Of a stretch of 64,000 nucleotides of DNA, positions 1 through 12,300 are shown one piece after another. The notes under the pieces are model-generated. The model was not told where the DNA came from. It made no database searches and saw only the letters and a program-made list of their open reading frames with translations. This stretch comes from Protoeuglena noctilucae. Its lineage: Eukaryota. How positions within the stretch are numbered: position 1 is the stretch's first letter; each line of letters starts with the position of its first letter. Both the position numbers and the translations under genes were made by a program. The DNA lies in NCBI GenBank assembly GCA_958009085.1, contig OY253688.1, positions 248,001 to 312,000 of the forward strand, given 5' to 3'.

Positions 1-364
1 GCCAGGAACGCGCCACGACACCCACAGTTGGTGGAACGCAATGCGTGGTTGTCTTTTTACCTTCAACTTCAGGAATAGGACAAGGTACGGTCTGAGAGTA
101 CCCTTTTGCTTCCATCTCAGAGAAGATGATCTCCAAATCCTCGCCGGTTCAGCGAGGAATGGCCGGCTAGCGGCTACTACCCGGGCTAGGGTTCTTGAGG
201 GTAGCGTACCCACTTAGCCTGCTAGCCTGAGCTGCCTCTTGAAGCTCTCCCCGGCGGAAGATAAAGAAAGTCGCAGATTGCAGATTGCGTAGAGCTGACT
301 GCGCACGACGTGGCCTCTACAGCGCGGAAAAGGCATGTCTTGAACACGCGCGACGCGGGGCGTC

Positions 365-3300
365 ATGACGGCCTCCCCTCCCTCGGCACTGCCCGGAGTC
401 GCAGACTTGTTGCCGAAGAGCGCCACGTCGCTCAGATGGTGAGGCCATTTCAGCAACGCGGTGGCCACCGCTCGGCTTGGGCTTTTCACTGCGTCTCGTC
501 GCGCTCTTTTCGCAGGCACCTCATCGCTGCCCTCGTCGCCGGCTTTGCGGTGTCGTGGACGGTCTCGAGGGTCTGGGACACGGCCTGCGCGGGGGCGAAT
601 AGCCGAGGTGCTCTCCCTGAGCGGTGCCTGTGCGGCAGCGTGACCGAGGCGGACAGCGCGGGACGTCCGCGTGACGATGTAACAGTCAATAATCGCTTGT
701 CCTTCCCCGCAGGCTGCGCGATCGTGTTGTGGGCGGCGTACCCGCTATGGCTCGTCTGGAGGGCCGCCAAATGGCTGGTGGTCGACCCGCTGACAGCGCC
801 GATCGCGTCCCTATGGCGTCTGGTGTGTGTGAGTCTGGTGGAATACTTCGCAGCCCTGGACCCCGCGACGCAGCTGGTGGTGGCCTTTGTGGGCGGCGCG
901 GCGGCGATGGTGGTGCTTTCGGCTGTCGTCATCGTCCGCTTCGTGCGAAGCATATTCCGGCCGGACCCGAACTCGGCACCGCTTGTGCCACGTCGATGGC
1001 TCAGGCATCGCCAGGAGGCGTTGCGGCAGGTCCTGGTGAGTCCACCACGGGACTGCACTGCGCTGTTCGGACCTGCTGTTCCGTCGTGGCGCGACTCGAA
1101 AGCAGCGGAGGAAAACGCGTGCGGGGAGCTCTATATGAGGGGAGCTTGACCCACCCCCACGTCTTGCATGCACTTCAGGAGACCAAGGGGGAGCACGCGT
1201 TCCCTCCACTGCCCTCCGTCCCTGGAGTCAAGCAGCCCTTCCTCATCGAGTACGAGGCGCACAGCCGCGCGGGTGAAATGCGCGGGTGGCTCTGGGTCAT
1301 GCTGGGCTCCGACTACGACGGCACCTTCAGCAAGACATGGCCGCCCCTTGCTGAGGCAAGTTAACTCTGCCGCCCAAATGTTGCCCAATGCTGCTGGCAG
1401 TGTAGTGCATCACATGCGTACCTTTCATCGCACTACGACCGGATATAAAGAGGGTCGCTTGCGGGAGATTTGCGTCGGCATGCTCCATGACTGCACGCAG
1501 ACACCCGATGCCCCTGCGCGGCGGTGGTATTGCACACTTCGACTGGCTGAAGGTCCCCCTATGGCGACCTCCGCGTCGGAGGAGGCTCCTGGCGTGGCCG
1601 TCCCAGGCCGCAGCCCGGGACCTGGGAAGAGGGAGCCGGCGGAGCGTCGCGGCCCTGTGCTCGTCCTTTCTGAGGTGTGAGGACCTGAGGAGGGAGCCCA
1701 TTCGACGGCTGGAATGCTTCAGACAGCGCGCGCTCGGACAATGTCGAGCGTGGACGCTTTCGTGACTGCCCTCTCACGGCCTGTTTGCATGCAGGTGCAC
1801 CCTGATGCGCCTGTCGCACCTGGCAAGCGCCCCTTGGAGATTTTCGTCGACTTGACAGAGTGCGAGGCGAGCATCTACCGGGAAGGCCAGATGGCGGACG
1901 CTTATGTCTTTCAGAAGCGCGGCCCAGTCCTGCTCTCCCATCCCCGACGCACGCTCCTCGGCTCCGATCGCGCGCTGTGTCTCTTCGCATACAATGCTGC
2001 GCTGAAGGAGCAGTGGTTCCGGGCGCTTCAGGGCGCCTTGGATTCGAGCCGGTTACGGGACCTCGGTGCGGAGGTCGGGAGCCCCGTGACGGGCAGGCGT
2101 GCCTCGGAAGGCTTGTCCGGTGTGTGGAAGCTTGTGTGAAGCGCGCAGGTGGTTTGTGTCTGGTTTGTGTCCTCGCCTCACGTGCCGCCTTCTTCTGCCG
2201 CCCAGATCCATGGAGCATGCCAGATGGAAGCGGTCCTGACATGGCGCGCCTGGAGGGGAATCTTCCAGGGTGGTTCACGCGCTACGTCGAGCACCTCGTC
2301 CAGACGCACCCCGGATACTTCCCTGCGCCGGGGCAGTCCGCTGATAGCGTCGATCCTGCGTCTCAGCCAAAGGCATCTACATCACGTGGGAAAAGCCTGG
2401 ACGCCTTGCAGGCGGCTAATCACGCACCAGGCAGCAGCCCCCAGCCTCCGTTGAGGTCTGCGCTTCCTCACAACGAGTCCTTCGCTACTCTCGCGTCGGG
2501 ATACGTGACGCCGGCACGACCCGTAAGGGTGAGCATAGGCTGGCATGCCAGAGCAGGAGCATTCTCCTGGCCATCCCCTCCATCCTGGCAAACCTCCTTT
2601 TGCTTGCCGACCGCCCCAGGCACCTCCCCAGCGCTTCACCTTTGGGTTGCGTCGCATCCCTGGGATCCGGCGATGGTTTGATGGCGGCGGTCATCAGGGG
2701 GGGATTCCCGCTGTGCACAGCTCGCCGGCCGTCGAGAAGGCGCCAGATACTGCCTCGCGACCTTCCGTGGACCTGAGGCCGCAGACCAAGAGCTCTCCTG
2801 GGGCCGCGCAGGGGGGCCGACCTCTTAGCCCCGGTGTGTTGCCGGACGCCCGCCCCGCAGCCTCCAGTCCCGGCGGGAGGGAACATGCGAGACCCGCGGC
2901 ATCCCCACCAGCGCCCCCTCGCCTACTGTCCGGCTGGGACTCCTCCCTGGAAGCTGGTCGGGGAGGGGCAGTAAGGCGTTTCCCAGTACGACTGCCGAGA
3001 GAGTCAAGCGCCCCTGACCTGCCGTCCCTGCGCCCATCGACGCACTCCGGCCCGGGCCTGAGGCCAGCGCGTCATGCACCTCCCGGGGACGCGCTTCCTG
3101 GGAGGGGAAAAGACCTGTTTCGCAACCAATCAAACACGGACCTGCGGAAAACGGCTGCGCAGTACGGGGTGGAGGAGCTGGCGGCATTGCCGGCAATGCC
3201 AGACGCTGCGAAAGGCCGGGGCCTGACAATTGACATCGGCCGTCTCATGGGGCAGGCAAGGGTCGTTTGCCACCAAAGGCATTGGGTGCTGTCATGTTAG

Positions 3301-6300
3301 TCATTGCACTAAAGTCACCTTTCTGTGCCTTATGATCTCTGCAGGATAGCAGCAATATACCCAGTGGGCTGTCGACCCATCGCCTACGCCTGGGATCTCG
3401 CTTTTCCTCGCTCATTCGGTCCCTGGAGGCCGGCTACGCAGCTGTGGAGCACGGGGTGCGCGCGGTCCTGCGGATGACGGCAGATGGGCCTGTCCCAGAC
3501 ACGTCGTCGGCAGGGGATGCGTCGGGCACCAGCGAAGGCAACCAGTCTGGGTCTGCCTCAGACGACGCGTCGTCACCTGAAGGGGGGTCGCCTCGAGATC
3601 GCCGTTCGGCGTTTTGGGGCTCGCTGGTGCGTCTCTTGTGTCTGCGCCGCAATTTTGTTGCAACCGTGTCTGCGAAAGTGTGTGACCAACATATCGTTGG
3701 GTCTGCAGGGGGGGTCTCCTCGGTCGCTGTCGTCCAAGCACCTGGCAGCAGCGGCTGGACGTGGGACGGCCCCAAGCGAATCTGGGTCGTTGGAGGCGGT
3801 CAGCGAAGATCATCTCGCCATGCTGGACAGGGAGCTTGACCAGTTGTGGTTCGGGGGCGAACCGCCCGGACACCTGGCGAGCGATCACCTGGCCGGTGAG
3901 TCGTGCAACTTTGCGTCTCTATGCAACTGAATGACATATGGAGGCATGCCACAGTAACTTTGTTTTATGCATTTGCAGACCCAAGGGGTAGGCGCCACCG
4001 GCACCACCACAGCCACAGCCGCCACAGTGGGGGACATGTCCGGCGATCTGGCCACTCCGAGACCAAGCTCAGCACGCACAGAGACGTTCCGGGCATGTCT
4101 GAAGCCGCGACGTCATCATGGGCCGCCGGCGGTGCGGATGGGCCGGAGCGCCAGCCAGTTGAGCTGGCGTCGCAGCTGAGCGAGAGACTGGAGCGCATCC
4201 AGCGCGAGAGGGTTCGGTCGACAGGGGCTGCGGGAATGCCTCGCACCTCCAACGGAGACGCGGGAGTGCACCCAAAGCCGGGGATCCATGCGTCGCCAGG
4301 CGTGCCAGTCGCCTATGGGGCTGTCGTGCTCAACATGCTGGCGGCGCGTATGTGGTTTGACATCATGCGAAGCGAGCGCATTGAGTCAGGGCTTGGCAAC
4401 TTTTTCCAAAAGCAGGCGAGTCGGTGTTTGCTGTTTACCGCTGAGGCACAGGCTTGTTGCTGTATTTGCACGTATGGACCATGGCCTACCTATATCATCA
4501 TGTTAGTGGTCCCCCATTTGCAGCTCGACAAGGTGCCGCTTCCCCCGTATGTCGGCGGCCTGAACCTCGTGACGTTCAAAATCGGCTCCAGCTCGCCCGT
4601 CTTCAGCAACGTCGAGCTCCTCGTAAGTGTTGGCGAGATGCTAAAAGATGAACGCGACTTGCCGAAAGAGCAAAAGCAATTGTTTCCCATGTCGTTGCAG
4701 GCCTCGGGGGGTATGAAGATGCGCATGCGGGTGCTGTATCGGGGCGAGATGCGGCTCGCCATTCAGACCAAGCTGGACCTGCGCGAGACGGGCGCGTGGA
4801 TGACTTTTAATCGCTTTCTCAACGCCATCCAGGGCAACCACCCAGACGCAGAGCAGGAGGGTCTGAGCACCGGTGCGTTCGCGGTGCTCTGAAGAGCTAT
4901 AGGAATTGCACCGTGCTGTTGCTACCGCCGCTGAGGCGTCAAGTTACAAGATTTGTGAGTCCATTCCTTCGTCGCAGTTGCTGAGGACAGGCCTGGGGTG
5001 GCGCCTGATGCGCATGACGGCCAGCCCAATCCTGGCCCACAGCAACACGCAGTCCTGCGCTTGCTTGGACGCCTCGGAAACGTGCTTCAGGGCCGGCCTA
5101 TTCGGCGCCTTGCGGCAAACCAGGCGCGACGCATCGGGAACATGATCTCCAGCAACATCGGCAAGCTTCCTCTGCAGCTGTCAGCCTGGTGCGTCCTGCG
5201 CATGTTTGCTCGCAGTTTGCCATGTGCTAGAAGACTCCAGTCGTGCTGCATAAAGCTCGTTTTACTACCGCAGCCTTGAGCATCTGGAGGGCAATTTGGT
5301 GGTGTGGATCGGTCCGCCTCCAACCAACCGCCTCTGGTATGGCTTTGAGCCCCTCCCCGCCCTTGACCTCGTGTGCACGCCCTTGGTGGACGGGCTTCCA
5401 CTGAAGAACAAGCTAGTGGCCAGCCGCATCGCCCACTTCTTCCGGCGGCGCCTCACGCACCTCATATTTTCCAACTTTGTCCTGCCCAACTGTGAGGGCA
5501 TCAACCTGCCTGGTCTCATCGGAGATCCCGCCGACGCTCTGCTGAAGGCCCCGCCAGGTGAGTGGCGCTGTGGCAGCGTTGGGGGCGCAAGACGTTGTGA
5601 TTCGACCGTCATGCACCAACTGGCTCGTTCCCTGCAGTCTTTTCGGGATCCCCAACCATCGTTGACCGGCGTGGCAGGGACCGAGCGACGGGGGCGGGTC
5701 GCGGCGGCGACAGTAGCTCGGAGGACTCGGACGACGACTTGCCTGCGATTACGCCTCCTAGCTGGGGCACGCCCGGGCGCCCCCACCAAATCGGGACTGC
5801 TACTGACCCTGGGCACGTGGGGCTCAGCGCTGGGGACGCTGCCGGGGGCAGCGGTGCCAAAGGGGAGATCTTTGCAGGTACAGCTGGGGCTCTTCCGCTT
5901 ACGCCTCCTCAGACCCGGACCGGGAGCGGAGGGGCTGGATCACCGGACGACGGTTTTCAGAGGTGAGTGAGCACGCTTGAAAGCTTTGACTGTTCGCCGC
6001 CGAAACGCTGAAACACCTTCCTCCTTGCTCTCCAGCCCCCGCATCCTGAGCCCTTCTGGATCGTCCACCCGCTGGCCCATGGACCTCTCCAGCAGCTCAG
6101 GGCACCCGTCACCAGAGTCCTGGGGCCGCGTGGAGCTTTTGACGATGCTGAAGTGAGGCGGCATGGACGAGGCAAAGCCGGTAAGGAAATTTCGCGCCCT
6201 TTCGCTTTTTTGCGTAGCACCATCAATTTCGTGTTCATTGCAGGGGGGCCCAAGCCAAGGAGCGCACAGAGACTTCTGCCCGCCACGCGGCCGAGCCACC

Positions 6301-6613
6301 TGGCGACAAGCAAACCAAGCCGACAGCAGCACCTGGGGCTGCGCCCAATTCCGAGAAGCGCACGGACCATGCAAAGGCCGTCGCTGACGCTCATACTCCA
6401 AGCCGCCTGTCGCAAAGCAGCCTTGCCGAGGCACATGGGGCTGGGACCTCGCCGCAGGTCACGAAGAGCGGCGACACGCATGAGCCGAGCGCAGGGTGGT
6501 TTGGGTCCCCGTTAGCTGCAGCGGTGGCCGTGGGCAGCCGTCTTCTGGGCTCGCCCCGCCAAAGCACAGACAAGCAGCTGCATACGGGGGCGCGTCAGCC
6601 AAAGCAGCGATGA
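365..6613 (+). CDS. TEX2/Nvj2-like lipid-transfer protein (N-terminal TM segments, PH-like domain, SMP domain); multi-exon
   Basis: Exon 1 MTASPPSALP...SLRW (365-438) splices to HLIAALVAGFAVSW, followed by hydrophobic segments. PH-like segment LCLFAYNAALKEQWFRALQ (~1980-2040). SMP motifs LNMLAARMWFDIMRS, KQ|LDKVPLPPYVGGLNL and LEGNLVVWIGPPPTNRLWYGF...NFVLPNCEGI (4330-5510). The last exon is low-complexity and ends at TGA 6611-6613; that frame is less certain. Confidence 0.85.
4416..4523 (+). other. GC-AG intron in the TEX2-like gene
   Basis: CAG|GCGAGT...TTGCAG| joins FFQKQ to LDKVPLP inside the SMP domain. Nearby GT donors are out of phase. Confidence 0.8.
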
Positions 6614-6877
6614 TGCTATGAACTTCTTTGTGCTTCCGGATCGTGCAGTGTCGTTATGTTTTTTTGCAACATAGAAGAGTTAGTTGAGTTTAGTTGAGGT
6701 CATCTGCGCGGCGCATATCACGTACAACTCTTGTTTACTTGGCCCTGCTTTTGGGAAGTTGTGAAGACCAGGACAAGCTGGGTGGAGCAAGCAGACGAGT
6801 CAACCGACAGTGCACCTCTCGTCTCACACACTGGAAGGCATCGTGCTGTGCTCTCCTCAGCAAACTGTCTGCTTGCT

Positions 6878-9107
6878 CTACACGTGCTGTCCAGCAACGA
6901 AGGAAGACAGCGTAGACTCAATCTTGGCGCGCACTTGTGGCGAAAGGGGATCGTAAGAGGGGGGGACCGCGTTCCACTCCCCCTGTACCCGTTCCCTGCA
7001 TGCCAGCAAGAGCTCGTTGCAGCGTCAGATCAGGCCCACTCTCTCGTGCACGCCATCAACCAAGCTAACAGCAGCCTCACCGCAAGGCATCGAAGTCCGC
7101 ATCGCCCCACGCGTTGCTGACAGGGTGCTTGTCATAAACCACACGAAGCAAGTCCTCTCCAGAAGGTCCGGCGCCCTTGGGGAACTGCGCAAGAGAGTGT
7201 GGTGCTTGCATGCGTGCAGTCAGACATCAAGACAACACAACCCCGGGGGCCAGTTATCATGACATGTCTCACCACAGTGGGAACACCCCCTACTCGCTTC
7301 ACTTCGAGCTCTCCCGGGAGGGAAATTTTGCCCGAGTCGCTCATCGGCCGCTTCATGACGTCCTGCCCCCGGCCGTCGCTGTAAACGATGTGGCTGAGCT
7401 TGGTGGCGAAGGACATTGTGTCACGGTTGACCTTCTGCAGAAGGCCCGCGCCCATCCCGAAAAGCATGCACTCGGCGCTGAAGCCAGCCGCCAGCGCCGC
7501 ATCCAAGATCCGCCCCATGGTGGCGAGGTCAATGCCATCTCCCTGAATGATGCGCGCTCCACGAACGACGCGATACCCGAGACCATTGGTGTCGCTCCCA
7601 AATACGCGCTCCAGCGCCCGCAGACCCTCCACGACGCACCACACGGGGTCCCCCGAGTCGGGCCGCACGACCATTGTGCCCCCCCGAGCCAGCTTGCGCT
7701 CCTTGACCACGGGCAGGAGGTCGCGAAGGGCCGCCGCGTAGTCATACGAATCCATCACAATGGAGTAGTGCCCCTCCCCGAACACATCAATCATGTGCTC
7801 CACTGCCTCTCTCTCCGTTCGCCACGCCGTCATCACACTGCGAGGGCACGTAGATGGTAGCAACACCTTGAAGGCAACGCCAGAGTGAGGAGCTATCACT
7901 ACATACCGACCATAGAACGGTGGGAGTGCTGCGCAGCGCACCTGTGCTCGGAGGCGGGGACGCTGTCGCCCACCGGCCTGCCGCCATTGAGCACATTCTG
8001 CACGTAGTACGCCGCAATCATGGTATCTGTGCCCCGGAAGTTCAGGAGGTGCGCGGAACCCCCCATCATGGCCTGCTCCACCGTGCAGCATCCCCGGAAA
8101 CCGAAATCGTGGAGGCTGTGCTCAACGGACGGGTGCTCCCTGCCCCCCTCGGCTGACTTCTCGTACGCGGCCTCCAGGATGGTCCGAGCCCGGCGGCTTA
8201 ACGTGGCCACAGTCGACGGATACCACACCTGCGAGGAGTGACGCTGTGCGAACTTCCCGTCTCTGGCGACGCACCGTGTACTCAGCGCGGGGGTGCCCAT
8301 GCCCACCCGCTTGCCTGAGTCAAAACCGTCTCCATGAACGTGGCAAGTCGCGCATACTCCCCCTCGGCGACGATCTGGTACACCGGCACGTGGCAGTTGG
8401 CCACAGTCCCCTCCGGCAGCGCTTGCAGGCGGATGGGGAAGTACCCGTCGTTCTCGCGAATGAATTTCTCAAACAGGTCCCTGCGAGGATGAGGGACACG
8501 CCTCGTTGTCTCCAAGTTGTGGGAGGCGAAACGCGGTAGCCCCCGTTCCGCTGGTCACTGGCCTGGGCCACGGGAAGGGGGCCTGCCCCGCGAGGTGCGT
8601 CCTCATAAACTTGTCGGCCTCTTCGAGCTCCCCCATGGTCCACCTCCTGTTCAGGTAGTTCTCAACGATGTGTCTGCGACGGGCGCAAACGATCGCATCG
8701 CACGCGTCGCGGTGGAAGCCCACCCCGCATGCTCACGGCTGCTCCCCAAGCGCCGCAGCGCGACGCACCGTATCCCGTACCAAACAAAACGCGTGTCCTC
8801 TTTGTCCTTGTTGTATCCTGCGCGGAACTCCCCGTACGCGACCATCCTCCGCGCTTCAGGATACTGCGCAGAGACCCGGGCCGTCTGCGTGTTCCACGCC
8901 GAAGCGCTGCCGCCCCGAGTCCCGGAAAACCACTTCTGAACTTGAGCGAATCATGCGCGATGAGCATCCCCGGGACTGAGAGCCAGGGCGCGCGGAGCAC
9001 GGCTGCGCGGCTCTTGCCATGAAGGGGTGTGACGCCTTGTACGAGTCGGCCAGCAGAAGCATCGGCACGTCGCGCGATGCGACCATATTCAACCCCAGTG
9101 GCGCCAT
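6878..9107 (-). CDS. NAMPT: Nicotinamide phosphoribosyltransferase; multi-exon
   Basis: Motifs LLLADSYKASH, MVAYGEFR, ETVLTQ|VWYPSTVATLS, LHDFGFRG, GGSAHLLNFRGTD, SVPASEH|SVMTAW, SIVMDSYD, VVRPDSGDP, IIQGDGID and FGMGAGLLQKVNRDT. Stop at 6878-6880. Start at ATG 9107 or 9086. Confidence 0.95.
8229..8314 (-). other. GC-AG intron in NAMPT
   Basis: CAG|GCAAGC...CGCAG| restores the conserved ETVLTQVWYP. Confidence 0.88.
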
Positions 9108-9340
9108 GATCCCCCAGCCAGCTCCTGGAGCCTCGTGGCGGCCACGGGCCGGCTTGCAGGTTGCTGCTGTCTTCAAGGCAGGTTTTCGAGCAGCTGCAAT
9201 GATGGTGCCTGCTAACGAGCGATGAGATCTTTGACCGAAGAAGAAGTAGCACGCGTTCGGGCGGCGGCTCAGCTTGCCAGCCCAGGCTCATCCTCTGGCG
9301 TTGCAGCGCTACTTTCGATCAATAATCGAATCGGATCATG

Positions 9341-12300
9341 CTACAGATATCTCTGAACAAATTCCGCTGACTCCGCCGTCGAAGTCGCGACTGCTACATG
9401 ATGCGCCAGGCTGTGCATCGCGTCGCCCAGGGCGCCGGTGCCGAAGTCCGTGCAGGCCATCCGAAGCCGGGTGACGGCATTGTCGCGGCTGCAAGGTAGA
9501 ATGAGCAGGGATCCAGATGGCATCCTCCATGCGGCAGCAGGTCCCGAAGCGAGTCGAAGTGGTGCGGTACCCCACCTCAGCGCCAGGACCATGCACCACA
9601 CTTGGGCTTCCTCTTGAGACCCTGGAGGGCCGCGCTCCCGTGCGCCCTTGGCAATGCCCCCGCCGAGCAGCGCAGAGGCCGGCAGCAGGCACAGCCGGCA
9701 GTCCAGCAGGGAGAACCGGTCCATCAGAAGCGCCTCGAGGCACTCCCCCACCGCCTGCAAGCTTGCGCCCTCACATTGGGCCGGCCCCGGCCCCAGGACG
9801 CTGTCGCCCCCCTCCCGCGGGAAGTCCTCGCCACTTACGCGGCACACGAGCACCGTCCGCTCCAGCAAGCGGCTGGCAGGGCACTCGGCGGACTCGAAAG
9901 CATAGCCTGCCACCTCCAAGACCCCCATCGCCGACGTAAGCAAGTACGCGGCCTCGCTGGCGGCGCTGGGAGAGCCTGCCGCGAAGGCATGCTTCCCGAG
10001 GAGTCCCGCAGCGGGCCCCGGGCCGCCCGTCGCGAGGCGGCTCGCCAGCACCGGCGCCGCGTTCTGCCGCTCCAGCACCATCCCCAGCACCGTCTCCCCC
10101 GCGAGGCTCCCCCCGCCCTGTAGCAGGCCGCAGAGCGTGGGTCCGAGGGTGCGCACCCCCATCCACCGGACGCGGAACTGCTCCCGGAAACACATGCGCA
10201 TCACGCGCTCCACCGTGGGCCCCGACTCTGGCGCCCCGCACCGTACGCAGCACACCGCGACGCCCAGCTTACCCCCGGCCACCATCTCAACAACGCTGAC
10301 CTCGTCCGCGTCACACCCAGAGGCCGAGACCATGTCCCGATCCAGGACTTGGAGCTCCGCGGGACGGAAGAGACGGGACAGGGCCGCCAGCGCTGCGTCT
10401 CGGTCTTTGGACACGGCGAGGATCTGAGAGGATGAGAGTGGGGGGAAAGGTCAAGAAACGCTCATGAACATGGACATGAGAGTTCGAATGTCCATGCGGG
10501 GGTGCGCCCTGCGCTCACCGACGTCCCCGCTCCCTCCACCGTCCCAGCAGCGAGGGCCTGGTGGGCGGCGTCCAGAGCAGAAAGCAGGCGCGAGTGCGCA
10601 TCGACCCCCGCCACCGCAATCACGACCACAGGGCCGCGAAGGGCGGCAGCGGCGGCGGCGAGGCGGGCACGCGCGCGGAGGGCACCGGCATCGCCGTGGC
10701 GTCCCTCAGCCGTGGAAACGAGCAACTTGCGCGCTGTTGCGGGAAGGAGGGGCGTCACTCGCCACCCCACGACGCGCAAGCCATCCATCGCCCCCCGCAG
10801 CACCTCAGCCGCTTCCGCTTTGCATGCGACCACAGCCACCGCCACTTCCACGACCCCACACAGCTGTGCCGGCTCCAACAGAGACCTGGGCAGCCCCATC
10901 GCATCGCGGGCCTCTGCCACGGCTGACACGAACGCGTCCGCATCGCGTGCGGAGGGCCAGGACGCAAGCTGCTCCGCCAGTGGGGTCGGATGGTCCACCA
11001 GGAGCGCGCCGTCGGCATCTACCAGTGCGTACAGGGACCCCGCGCCATCGCCTGCCGCGGCCACGCCCGCACGAATCCAGTCCGAAGCGCCCTCGCGCGC
11101 CACCTCAGCCACCACCACGAGGGCGCCAGCTGTGACAGGAAGACCCATGTCCCCCGTGCCTTCCCCAGCATGCCCGCAGCGCACAAGCCTCAAGCGAGCG
11201 TCGAGGTTCGCGGGCCACGCCAGCGTCCGAGCCCCAGTCACGGAGAAGCCCAGGCGCTGGAGGGGTGCGATCGCAGCGAGGGCGTTGAGCAAGTCGGGGT
11301 CGCCACGAGACGGGGGCACAAAGCAGATGAGGCGGCGCTCAAGTGGAGAGGGGCACAGGGCGTGCACCAGCGCAGGCGACGCTCCAGTCTGCTGCGAAGT
11401 GCCTGGGGAGGCACTCGGCTGAGTGACGAAGGGGTTCTTGGGAGGAAACGGCTCGCGCGGAGGTACGCCCTGGTCGGCCTCCCGCATCCACCCTTCCGGG
11501 TCCTGGCGCAGATCGACCCACCCCCCAAAAAGCGCGGACAGCTCGCGGGCGCAGGACGCGGCGGTGAAGACCGAGCGAAAGGGGGACCGGGCACACGCAA
11601 TGCGCGCATGGACCGACTGTGCGTCCGTGTGCCGCGCCAGGTCAGGGGCAGATGGACCCAGGGCACTCCGCCACGTTCGCAGGGCGTCTCTCGCACGGAG
11701 GGCCAGGGCAACCACCACGTCATCACGTGCCTGCACAAGCACAGGCGATCCGCGGTTCTATGCAAACGCTGGGCGGTCGTTGGAGAAGAGAGCCCGAGCA
11801 AGCAAGCACCGGGTAGCCTCTCACCATGGACGCATCGCGAAGGGCCGTGTGGCTGTGCATGTGTCGATGGTCCTGCTCCTGCGCGTACACGGTGCGGAGC
11901 CCGACCACGTCCAGCCCCACCTCAGCCGCGCGGTCCACGGCGACCAGCAAGGCATCCTGAAGCGACGCGTCCTCCACAAACGGACCGTACAGCCCCGTCA
12001 GTGCCGTCTCGGCTTCGGGGTCCAGCGGTGCACCCTGTGTTACAACGCAGGAGCTACGCTGTGTTTGCGCCAGTGACCCCAGCAGCGCGCAGCTGACTTC
12101 TGCTAAACGCGGACTCGCCTGGGGGCCGGCCATCCACAACGAGAGGGGCGCGGCGAGCACGGGTGAGGGTCCCGCGCAGACGGCCACGAGGGGCAGCCCT
12201 GGGGGTTGCGCGCCAGCAGCAACGCTCGCGGGGGGATGGCGGAAGGCGGCATGCAGAGCTGGAACACCGACCCCCGACACGGCGACCAGCAACGTACACG

